Origin: a virus
Lineage: Duplodnaviria > Caudoviricetes
Reading direction: 5' to 3' (one strand)
Length of the DNA stretch: 34,689 nt
Virus record (IMG/VR): IMGVR_UViG_3300045285_000083
Span: 1-34,689 of that record
A model generated the notes under the pieces. The model made no database searches, was not told the DNA's origin, and was given only the letters and a program-made list of their open reading frames with translations. Positions within the stretch are counted from its first letter, which is position 1; the number at the start of each line of letters is the position of its first letter. Of this stretch, positions 7,354 to 14,978 are shown piece after piece. Position numbers and translations under genes: made by a program.

Positions 7354-7751
7354 TTCCCTGAGTCCTTCTCGAGCGCGGCGCGGGCGATCCACTTAAATTC
7401 ACCTACAATCTCGTCAGTTGTTTCTCCATCTCTCCATAGCCAGTCACGGATGCTAATCAGCGCCGCCTCCAGCGCCTCGATGCGGGCGGCGGCTTCAATA
7501 GCAATAGAGCGCAGGGCCGCTATTTGAGCGTCCATCTGCCGCAACTTTTCGCTCAATGTCCTCCTGAGATTATCGCATTCCGCCTTGGCCGCCGTTAGCT
7601 CAGATGCAAGATCGTTTGTCGGTCGCCCTCGTTCCTGATCCACCACCATCCACACCATCACGCCGCCATCCGTGCAAATCTCGTCGGGGTCAAGGCCACG
7701 TCTGGCGCATTCTTCCCTTGCCTCGATCTCACGCTCCGTCAGGTCGCTCAT
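7350..7751 (-). CDS. Array gene, coiled coil (RIEALEAAL..IARAALEKDSGK)
   Basis: GGAGG upstream, 133 aa. Confidence 0.8.
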   Translation of the reverse strand: MSDLTEREIEAREECARRGLDPDEICTDGGVMVWMVVDQERGRPTNDLASELTAAKAECDNLRRTLSEKLRQMDAQIAALRSIAIEAAARIEALEAALISIRDWLWRDGETTDEIVGEFKWIARAALEKDSGK

Positions 7752-7973
7752 TCACTCATGTCCTCCAAAGGTGACGCCCTCGCCGTGCTTCCATTCGAAA
7801 CAGCAGAAGTCGTCACCGTCCGTGATAGTAACCTTGCGGATGATGCCAAGCTGAGCGGCTGGCCTGTCGGTTAACGACTTGGCCAACTTGACTGCTGCCT
7901 CGGCCCCAATGAAGCGGGCCTCGGGGTAATAGTTACCATCCGGGTCCCACCAGTAGACACTGAACTCATTCAT
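7752..7973 (-). CDS. Phage hypothetical protein (MNEFSVYWWD..)
   Basis: ATGA coupling, AGGA upstream. Confidence 0.75.
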   Translation of the reverse strand: MNEFSVYWWDPDGNYYPEARFIGAEAAVKLAKSLTDRPAAQLGIIRKVTITDGDDFCCFEWKHGEGVTFGGHE

Positions 7974-8386
7974 TTCCTGCATCGCCATGATCTGCCGCCG
8001 CGGATCGCCACCTTGTGCATTCGGTGCCTAGAGCAGACATTGCCCTCCGAATGCGAATGCCGCCTGTGTCGCGCTGCAGGCGGCTTGTCCTCGTCCTGCA
8101 TCACGATCACAGGCGGCACGCCTACCTGCGCATCTGGGGCTGGCGGCGTAATGCGCTCGGTAACTGCGACGTCTGCCACCGTCGCCAGCGGCAGACGATC
8201 TTGCTTCTTCAGCAATGGCTGATCGGCCAAGGTCGCGTCGTCCCAGCGCGCCTGAAACGGGTGAACCGGCTCGGGCTCAGCCATGGCCAGCACTTCCGGC
8301 TGACGCGCCGACAGCGCCGCCACCGCCAGGCCGGACCACAGCAGCACCGCGGCAGGCACTATGGCTCTGGGCGGCGTTATTGCCAT
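7970..8386 (-). CDS. Hypothetical protein with N-terminal signal/TM and basic Cys-containing C-terminus
   Basis: 138-aa ORF in the coupled operon. Confidence 0.65.
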   Translation of the reverse strand: MAITPPRAIVPAAVLLWSGLAVAALSARQPEVLAMAEPEPVHPFQARWDDATLADQPLLKKQDRLPLATVADVAVTERITPPAPDAQVGVPPVIVMQDEDKPPAARHRRHSHSEGNVCSRHRMHKVAIRGGRSWRCRK

Positions 8387-8631
8387 GTCGGCTGCTTGCC
8401 GAGCCGCTGCTCGATGGCCTGCAGGATCGGCCGGAACAGCCGTTTCATATCCTGCAATTTCATCTGGTCGACGGGCGGCGCGTCGCGGTCCAGTTCGTCG
8501 CCGTGCCTGAGCGCATAGTCGACCAGGGCGACGACGTAGAGCAATGCGGCATCCTCGTCCTCGTTGTCGAGCGCGGCTAAACCCTGTTCGGCCAAGACGT
8601 CGAGCAACTTGCAGTGTTCATCCCACGTCAT
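8377..8631 (-). CDS. Hypothetical protein (MTWDEH..)
   Basis: GGAGG RBS, ATGA coupling with the GcrA-like gene. Confidence 0.7.
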   Translation of the reverse strand: MTWDEHCKLLDVLAEQGLAALDNEDEDAALLYVVALVDYALRHGDELDRDAPPVDQMKLQDMKRLFRPILQAIEQRLGKQPTWQ

Positions 8632-9137
8632 GCCGCCGCCCTCCGATCGGGCACATAGGCCATTCGGGTGTGGTGGGCGCAATATGGCCAGCCGTCCGCG
8701 GCGACGGCACCGCAAAACAGCGTAGCGACCTCATTGACATTGCCGAGCGGCCAATGGCAGCGGCTGTCGTCGAGTTCGACGATCAGGCATGGCGCCGTGT
8801 TCAACGCGTCCCAGGCAGGATAGTTCTTCGGCTTGAAGGATGGAGCAGGCGGCGGCGTCGGCATTGTCCTGACTTTCTTCTCTCGCGGCGGCGCCCGCGT
8901 GCTGCGCGTGTTGACCTTGGGCAGGGTGCCCGCGCCTTTCTTCTCGAGGCCGTTCTTTTGCAGGCGATGAACGATCCCCATCACCATGTTGCGGTTGCAC
9001 GGTTCCCGAAACCGGGAACCGACTTCTTCGGAGATGGCGCTGGCGGAATGTGTCGGCCACAGTTCTTGCACGAAGTGCTGCTTTTCGTGGTCCCATTGCA
9101 TTTCAGTTGCCTGGTGCATGGTGGTCAGCCCCATCAT
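8628..9137 (-). CDS. gcrA: GcrA-family cell-cycle regulator homolog
   Basis: N-terminal W..LW...SASAI..RNMVMGIVHRL; C-terminal CHWPLG..FCG..PYCAHH.RMAY; start may be 9137 or 9101. Confidence 0.88.
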   Translation of the reverse strand: MMGLTTMHQATEMQWDHEKQHFVQELWPTHSASAISEEVGSRFREPCNRNMVMGIVHRLQKNGLEKKGAGTLPKVNTRSTRAPPREKKVRTMPTPPPAPSFKPKNYPAWDALNTAPCLIVELDDSRCHWPLGNVNEVATLFCGAVAADGWPYCAHHTRMAYVPDRRAAA

Positions 9138-9138
9138 G

Positions 9139-9243
9139 TTAATTCCAATCCTTGTTGTCGAGCGCGTCCAAATGCGCTTGGACCGCTATGTAAATCAGCG
9201 TTCCGAGTCCGGCCGCGACGATGCCAGCGAGAAGGGCGGTCAT
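9139..9243 (-). CDS. Possible 34-aa TM peptide (MTALLAGIVAAGLGTLIYIAVQAHLDALDNKDWN)
   Basis: Manually translated; stop abuts the GcrA start; no clear RBS. Confidence 0.35.
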   Translation of the reverse strand: MTALLAGIVAAGLGTLIYIAVQAHLDALDNKDWN

Positions 9244-9382
9244 TGTTGAGATCCAAACTGATGTTCAAACGCGGTATTACGTTTGACTTCTAATCGTTCC
9301 AACACAGGTGATTGCAGCAGCGACCATGCCGGTGGTGCCGGCGCCAGCGAATGCAACCTGAGGCCTATTCCAAGCAAATAGT

Positions 9383-9426
9383 CTTATAGTACGTCTCCTA
9401 CACGACAGGCAACAGGAAACATCCGC
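9383..9426 (-). promoter_or_regulatory. PL-like promoter with two operator-like sites
   Basis: Minus strand TTGCCT-N18-TATAAG; TAGTACGTCTCCTA (9387-9400) and CAGGAAACATCCGC (9413-9426) resemble yAGGA-N4-TCCTr. Confidence 0.55.
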
Positions 9427-9478
9427 TAGGTTACAAATATTTTAGGAAAGAGGGGAAGGGAAAAAGAGAAAACGGTAT

Positions 9479-10231
9479 TCAGCGACGGCTGTAGTTGCCG
9501 ACGATGACGTGGCAGGTCATCCATTCGCTGCGCTTCAATGTGGAATCCTTTTTGGGATTATGCTGACGGACATACCAGGTGCTGTCGGTGAAGCGCACGA
9601 GATGTCTGACCTTCGCGATCTCGACACCGTCATTCCTACGACATCTGAATATGCAAGTATCGCCATTGCGCGGTGGCAAATGCGGATTGACCAGAGCGGT
9701 CGAGCCGCTCTTGTGTTCAGGGTCCATGACATCGCCAGACACAAGCATGCCATAAGCCCCGTCCACTCTTGCGAGGAAGTCAGGCATCGTCGCCCAATCC
9801 ACAGGACGGTCGGATAGGATCAGTATTTCATGGTTGGCTTGTGTTGTTCCAAACACCGGTAAATCATAGGATTTTATACTAGAAAGCGACCGCACGTTGT
9901 CCAGAAAATTTTGCTGTTCCGCACCAGAAATAGAAGATTGTGCTACCACACGTGCCTTCTGTGCAATGAGATTCGGTTCTATTAGAGCGTTGTTCGGCTT
10001 GGTGTGACTGCGCGTCGGCAATGCCGACGACGTGCCACGTAATACTTCTTCGGATACACCGATCAAATTCGCCAACGGAATTCGGGATTTTTCCGGAAGT
10101 TCCAGCGGATACCCGCGTTTTAAAAATTGCTGCAGATAGGCATGGTTTTTGCCAATTTTTAGCGACGCCTCGGACATCGTCAGTCCAAGTTCCTGCAATT
10201 TCTCTAGAATCAACTTGCGCACGACATCCAT
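9479..10231 (-). CDS. cI: CI-like repressor, XRE HTH plus S24-like C-terminal domain
   Basis: SLKIGKNHAYLQQFLKRG HTH; YGMLVSGDVMDP..G..ALVNP S24 fold; divergent from cro-like gene. Confidence 0.88.
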   Translation of the reverse strand: MDVVRKLILEKLQELGLTMSEASLKIGKNHAYLQQFLKRGYPLELPEKSRIPLANLIGVSEEVLRGTSSALPTRSHTKPNNALIEPNLIAQKARVVAQSSISGAEQQNFLDNVRSLSSIKSYDLPVFGTTQANHEILILSDRPVDWATMPDFLARVDGAYGMLVSGDVMDPEHKSGSTALVNPHLPPRNGDTCIFRCRRNDGVEIAKVRHLVRFTDSTWYVRQHNPKKDSTLKRSEWMTCHVIVGNYSRR

Positions 10232-10241
10232 TCCTCACTTG

Positions 10242-10317
10242 TAGGAGTATACCTATATTTCTGAAACGAGGGACTATCCTATTGACAATATAGGAAACGT
10301 ATTATTTATTTGAGAAT
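10242..10317. promoter_or_regulatory. OR-like region: three operator-like sites and PR
   Basis: TAGGAGTATACCTA 10242-10255, GAGGGACTATCCTA 10268-10281, TAGGAAACGTATTA 10291-10304; TTGACA 10282-10287 with TTTATT 17 bp later. Confidence 0.7.
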
Positions 10318-10527
10318 ATGCCAAATCCGACCAAAGAACTGTTGGCAGAAATCGAGGCCTTCCTGAAACGCACCGGGATGCCGCCAAGCGCGTTTGGCTG
10401 GGCGACGCTGGGCGACCCCAATCTTGTTCGCACGCTCAAGATGGGCCGTGAGCTGAAATACCGAACCCTGCTGCGTATCAAGAAGTTCATCACCGCGTTC
10501 GAACGTGAGCCCGTCTCTCGCCTTTGA
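10318..10527 (+). CDS. cro: Cro-like small DNA-binding protein
   Basis: LLAEIEAFLKRTGMPPSAFG..LGDPNLV..L..GR; divergent from repressor. Confidence 0.8.
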   Translation: MPNPTKELLAEIEAFLKRTGMPPSAFGWATLGDPNLVRTLKMGRELKYRTLLRIKKFITAFEREPVSRL

Positions 10528-10591
10528 GCGCATCGCTCGCATTCTTGGCGGTCAGGATAGCTCCTGAAATCAAGGGCGGGATCGAGGTGCG

Positions 10592-10816
10592 GTGATGGCG
10601 ATGCGCCGGTTGGCGAGCAAGACCCAGCGAATTGCGCTGTTCATTTTGCATGATGGGAAGTGCGCGATCTGCGGTGAAGAACTGCCCGAACGATTTGAAA
10701 TCGATCACATCAATCCATGGATCAAAAAAGGACGCACCGAACTATGGAACCTGCAGCCGCTATGCCTCGACTGTCATTCAAAAAAAACCTCCGCTCAGGT
10801 CAGCAAGAGGTATTAG
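10592..10816 (+). CDS. HNH endonuclease domain (74 aa)
   Basis: CAICG..EIDHINPW..G.T...NLQPLC..CH..K; GAGG RBS. Confidence 0.88.
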   Translation: MMAMRRLASKTQRIALFILHDGKCAICGEELPERFEIDHINPWIKKGRTELWNLQPLCLDCHSKKTSAQVSKRY

Positions 10817-12588
10817 ACCGGCTGGCGACACACCTCGCTCAACTGAACGTCAAACTGCCGACCGGCTATGGAAAAACGTTCACGTTTTGCGCGGTGTATT
10901 CCACATTGCAAAAAGCTGGCCGCGTTAACCGACTGCTTGTGATTTTTCCCACCGACAAGCAGCTAGACCAATTCCTTTGCGACGCACCAAATGACGATTT
11001 GCCGAAAGCCCTAGTGGATGGGCCGTGGCAGGTGGTCGACATTCGTGATGTTGGTTTGAAGGCGATCAAGGCTCATCGAACGAACGAGCGCCAGATTTTC
11101 GCGACTACCATCCAATCGCTGATCCAAAGGGCCGGCGCCGGCGTCGTCGGCGACCTTCTTCAGACAGGTCAGTGGATGGTGGTCGTCGATGAATACCATC
11201 ACTATGGCACCGACAAGACTTGGGGTCGCGCCGTGCTCGGGCTCAATCGGCAGTTCCTGCTGGTGCTTAGTGCGACGCCACATCGTCCTTATGCTGACGG
11301 CGCTTTTGGGCCGCCCGATGTGGAGGTGACCTATGAATTCGCACAAACCGAAGGTGCGGTTAAGAGACTGCTAGGCCACGCCTATCACTACAGCCTAGAC
11401 GTTGAAAAAGACGGTGAGATCATTCACCTGACCACAGCGGAGTTGATCGCGCAGGCGGGCGGTGCCGAGCCGGATCGGATTGAGAAATTTCGCATCGAGC
11501 GCAAGATGCGATGGTCTCCGAAATTCATTTCGCCGCTTGTCGCCGAGCCGATCGACCGGATGCTTTCGAATCGGATCAGGACCGGATTTCCGCTGCAGGT
11601 GCTAATCGCGGCAATCTGCGTATCTCATGCTGAGTTCGTCTGCGGCCAGGTTCAGGAGATGTATCCAGAACTAGCGGTCGACTGGGTCGGCACCGGCGAT
11701 TTTGGTCGCAGCGACGAGACCAACAAAGAAATTCTCGCAAAATTCTGTCCGGCAAAAAATACTGACGGTGTTCGCGACAATCCGACGCTGGACGTGCTTG
11801 TTCATGTGGGTATGGCCGGCGAGGGTCTTGACTCGATTTTGGTGAGCGAAATTGTCGAACTGGCGCCGGCATCGCTGACAAACTCGGGTAATCAATTGCG
11901 TGGCCGCGCAGCGCGGGTTTTGCGCAAGGATGTCGAGGGTCACATCAATTTCGATGCGTCGAGCGAGTTGGCCATCAAGGGCTATATCGGCGCGAACATT
12001 ATGCGTGCGATGGATGAATTGATCCCGGTAGAGACACCGCCGGAGCCGCCAAAGCCAGACGATGATTTTCCGCCAGAGCCGCCAGCGCAGCCGGAAATTC
12101 AGTTGCTCGATATGAAGTTTGAAGGTGTCGATCATGGTGACGCGACCGTGCAGTCGGTTTTCAGGTTCAGGGAATGGCGCGAACCGAATGCCTATCAGTG
12201 GGAGAACATGAGGGCCGATCACGGTCACGCCGACTGGTCGTCGTTCATGGATGATTTTCATGCATTCCGCGCCAGGGAAGCTGAACTGTTCAATGACAAG
12301 GCGACGCTGGCGCAATCGATGAACAACGTCAAACTGCTGCTTCGCGAAACCGTCGGCATCGTGATTAAAAAGATGCGTGCGCGCGGCAACATGGTTGACC
12401 AGACGGTCGCCGGGATGATCAAGCACCGGATCAACGCCAGAAAGCGGCGGCTGATCGGAGAACTGAACAAGGACAATCGGGATATCGAGGCTGCGAAGGC
12501 CCATTACGCTTGGCTTCGGCAACTCAATCTGTCGCTCCGAAACGAGGAAATCCCGCAATGGCTGTTCGTGTCGACTCGGGACCAGTAA
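10762..12588 (+). CDS. SF2 DExH helicase (ResIII-like)
   Basis: LPTGYGKT, VVVDEYHH, LSATP, QLRGRAARV; start uncertain (see frameshift finding). Confidence 0.88.
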   Translation: MPRLSFKKNLRSGQQEVLDRLATHLAQLNVKLPTGYGKTFTFCAVYSTLQKAGRVNRLLVIFPTDKQLDQFLCDAPNDDLPKALVDGPWQVVDIRDVGLKAIKAHRTNERQIFATTIQSLIQRAGAGVVGDLLQTGQWMVVVDEYHHYGTDKTWGRAVLGLNRQFLLVLSATPHRPYADGAFGPPDVEVTYEFAQTEGAVKRLLGHAYHYSLDVEKDGEIIHLTTAELIAQAGGAEPDRIEKFRIERKMRWSPKFISPLVAEPIDRMLSNRIRTGFPLQVLIAAICVSHAEFVCGQVQEMYPELAVDWVGTGDFGRSDETNKEILAKFCPAKNTDGVRDNPTLDVLVHVGMAGEGLDSILVSEIVELAPASLTNSGNQLRGRAARVLRKDVEGHINFDASSELAIKGYIGANIMRAMDELIPVETPPEPPKPDDDFPPEPPAQPEIQLLDMKFEGVDHGDATVQSVFRFREWREPNAYQWENMRADHGHADWSSFMDDFHAFRAREAELFNDKATLAQSMNNVKLLLRETVGIVIKKMRARGNMVDQTVAGMIKHRINARKRRLIGELNKDNRDIEAAKAHYAWLRQLNLSLRNEEIPQWLFVSTRDQ

Positions 12589-13169
12589 ACGCAACTGATC
12601 GACTGGAAACGGTGCCGCGCGAAAAGTGGCACGATTTGATGTGTACGCGCGCCGCCTTTCTGGCAGTCAAACTCTCTTATGATTGCCGATGCCTGGTTGA
12701 GTTCGTGGCCGATGCCGAAGCGATGTATTCGGAGCTCGGCTACGAGTCTGCCGAGGCGATGATACGCGAGGGCTATCGTCTCGAGCCGGAAGAAATCAAC
12801 ATCGCGGTCGAGTGGTTGAAACTCAATCCGCCGGACGAGCCGCTGCCGCTCGACCAGGCGGTGAAGCTCGGCAGGCGCGGGCGTCCGAAATGGATCGAAC
12901 AAGTTGGTTCCGAAAAACCTTGTAATACAAGGTTAAAGTACGGGACGGCTGATTACTGGCTCGCCCGGCTCGATCGTGATGGCCTCGAGGAACTCGCCGC
13001 CAAGGTTCGCAGCAAAAAATTGTCGGCCAATGCGGCAGCGGAAAAGGCCGGCTACCGCAAAAGACCGACACCACTGCAAATCATCCTGAAACAATTGCCA
13101 AAGCTGACGGAAGAGGAGTGCAGTTACTTGCGCGAACTGCTCGACCGGCAACATTCGGAAGCCGCATGA
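12558..13169 (+). CDS. Hypothetical DNA-binding-like protein (GRP..GT..YWLARLDRD..LSANAAA..AG)
   Basis: GAGGA RBS before ATG 12558; overlaps the helicase end. Confidence 0.7.
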   Translation: MAVRVDSGPVNATDRLETVPREKWHDLMCTRAAFLAVKLSYDCRCLVEFVADAEAMYSELGYESAEAMIREGYRLEPEEINIAVEWLKLNPPDEPLPLDQAVKLGRRGRPKWIEQVGSEKPCNTRLKYGTADYWLARLDRDGLEELAAKVRSKKLSANAAAEKAGYRKRPTPLQIILKQLPKLTEEECSYLRELLDRQHSEAA

Positions 13170-13282
13170 ACACCAATTCCGCGCGCTTAAGGTCCCCACC
13201 ATCACGCGCGGATGAAGCCACCGGAGTGATCATCTGCCCCTTTCGCTCCGGTGGCCGATTTAAGTAACAAAGGAAATGATCT

Positions 13283-13591
13283 GTGAGCAGATACCCGCTC
13301 TGTCCGTGCTGCAAACAGCCCTTGCCGGCGCAAAAACGTGGCGGCGTTTATCTGCCGCCAAAGAAGGCGCAGATCTTCGATGTCATCGATCGCAAACCGG
13401 GCATTACCACGCTGGGCATCATCGCCAAATGCTACAGCGGCAACGGCACCGCCAATGCGGTTCGCGTTCACGTCACGCAGATCAACTGCCTGTTAATGGA
13501 AAGCGGCGTCCACATTCGCATCAGTGGTGACGGCACGGACCTGCGTGGCCATTATCGCATCGTCCGGCAGCAGGTGAGGGAGGTGGCATGA
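13283..13591 (+). CDS. Winged-helix (OmpR C-terminal-like) protein with N-terminal CPCC
   Basis: NAVRVHVTQIN..L..G..YRI pattern; AAGGA RBS, GTG start. Confidence 0.7.
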   Translation: MSRYPLCPCCKQPLPAQKRGGVYLPPKKAQIFDVIDRKPGITTLGIIAKCYSGNGTANAVRVHVTQINCLLMESGVHIRISGDGTDLRGHYRIVRQQVREVA

Positions 13592-14343
13592 TGGACGAAA
13601 ACCCCCAGAAGGTTTCCGTGATGCCGCCGGACGATTTGCCAGTGCCCACCGTGACGCCGCTCGACATGCTGAACCGGGCGGTGCTCGCCGGCGCCGACAT
13701 CGCCATGATCGAAAAGCTGATGGCACTGCATGAACGCTGGGATGCCAACCAGGCGCGCAAGGCGTACGACAACGCTATGGCGGCGGCCAAAGCTGAGATT
13801 CCGAACATCAGCAAAAACCGCGAGGTTGATTTCATCTCGCCGAAGGGCCGCACCCACTACAGACACGAAGACCTGGGCGAGATCGCAAAAGCGGTGAACC
13901 CGGTGCTCGCCCGCCACGGTCTGTTCTACCGATTCCGCACCACCTCGCCGGTTAACGAGCCGATCACGGTGACTTGCGTGGTGTCGCACCGCGACGGCCA
14001 TTTCGAGGAAAACACGCTGTGCGCCGGCCGCGACGACTCGGGCAACAAAAATGCGATCCAGGCGATAGGCTCGACGGTGACCTATTTGCAGCGGATGACG
14101 CTAAAAGCAGCACTCGGACTGGCGGCAAGCAACGACGACGACGGCAAGGCGGCGGGCGACGGGGAAAAGATCACGGAACAACAGGCCCAGGAAATTGCAG
14201 ACAAGTGCGCGGCTGTTGCGGACGGATTCGATACGTCGTTTTGCAACTACTTCGGCATAGACAAAATCTCCGACCTTCCGGTGAAAGACTATCAACGCGC
14301 GATCATTGCGATCGGCAAGAAGAAGGGAACGACTGCGAAATGA
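13588..14343 (+). CDS. erf: ERF-family single-strand annealing recombinase
   Basis: AQ/AKAEIP.I.K, P.LARHGL, QAIGSTVTYLQRMTLKAALGLA..DDDG. Confidence 0.9.
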   Translation: MMDENPQKVSVMPPDDLPVPTVTPLDMLNRAVLAGADIAMIEKLMALHERWDANQARKAYDNAMAAAKAEIPNISKNREVDFISPKGRTHYRHEDLGEIAKAVNPVLARHGLFYRFRTTSPVNEPITVTCVVSHRDGHFEENTLCAGRDDSGNKNAIQAIGSTVTYLQRMTLKAALGLAASNDDDGKAAGDGEKITEQQAQEIADKCAAVADGFDTSFCNYFGIDKISDLPVKDYQRAIIAIGKKKGTTAK

Positions 14344-14978
14344 CTGACATCGTTCAGGGGTCAGCCGAATGGCACCAAATCCGTTTAGGCAAGGCGACGG
14401 CCTCCCGTGTTGCCGACGTGGTGGCGCGCACCAAGAGCGGATATGGCGCAAGCCGCGCCAACTACATGGCGCAACTGATTGCCGAGCGGCTGACGGGCGT
14501 GCCGGCCGAGAGCTACATCAACGCGGCCATGCAGCACGGGACGGACACCGAGCCGGAAGCCAGATTCGCCTATGAGTTCTACCAGGGCGTCACCGTCGAG
14601 CAGGTGGCGTTTGTGCATCACCCCAGGTTCGGGGATGGCGCCGGTTGTTCGCCTGACGGCTTCGTCGGCACCGATGGCCTCGTGGAAATCAAATGCCCAA
14701 ATACCGCAACGCACCTGGACACTCTGCTCGGCCAAGCCATGCCTGGCAAATACGAATCGCAGATCCAGTTCCAACTCGCATGCACTGGACGGCAATGGTG
14801 CGATTTCGTTTCCTACGATCCTCGGATGCCTGAGAGTATGCGCCTGTTTGTGATGCGGATCGAGCGCGACGACAGGCGCATTGCCGAACTGGAAACCGAG
14901 GTGGTGAGTTTCCTCAATGAACTTGACGAAAAGATTATGCAGCTCAACAGCCTCTATGGCGAGAAAGCGGCCGCCTAA
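14340..14978 (+). CDS. YqaJ/lambda-exonuclease family protein
   Basis: QGSAEW...RLGKATAS, HG...EPEAR, CSPDG, VEIKCP, QIQFQL..CDFVSYDPR. Confidence 0.93.
   Translation: MTDIVQGSAEWHQIRLGKATASRVADVVARTKSGYGASRANYMAQLIAERLTGVPAESYINAAMQHGTDTEPEARFAYEFYQGVTVEQVAFVHHPRFGDGAGCSPDGFVGTDGLVEIKCPNTATHLDTLLGQAMPGKYESQIQFQLACTGRQWCDFVSYDPRMPESMRLFVMRIERDDRRIAELETEVVSFLNELDEKIMQLNSLYGEKAAA

Larger units (their letters stand above)
4951..7487 (-). repeat. Interspersed repeat array: repeat A (GCCGCGCT[C/G]GATAAGGA..AATGA) x8 and repeat B (CCGCATCGAGGCGCTGGAGGCGGC) x5 plus 2 degenerate
   Basis: A at 4951-4986, 5244-5275, 5416-5447, 5613-5640, 6087-6118, 6639-6672, 7153-7210, 7350-7390; B at 5155-5184, 6221-6246, 6765-6792, 7258-7287, 7458-7487; degenerate B at ~5771-5800 and ~6811-6835. 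Confidence 0.92.

Noticed and set aside
4951-7487. CRISPR array or integron attC array as explanation for the repeats
   Set aside because: Spacing is long and irregular, the repeats are in-frame coding and lack attC or CRISPR palindromic structure, and no cas or IntI-type gene is evident
8560-8577. Extra repeat A-like copies (AALDNE at ~8566, DALDNK at ~9155)
   Set aside because: Only about 9-12 nt match, and the 8566 copy is mid-gene; could be chance in GC-rich sequence
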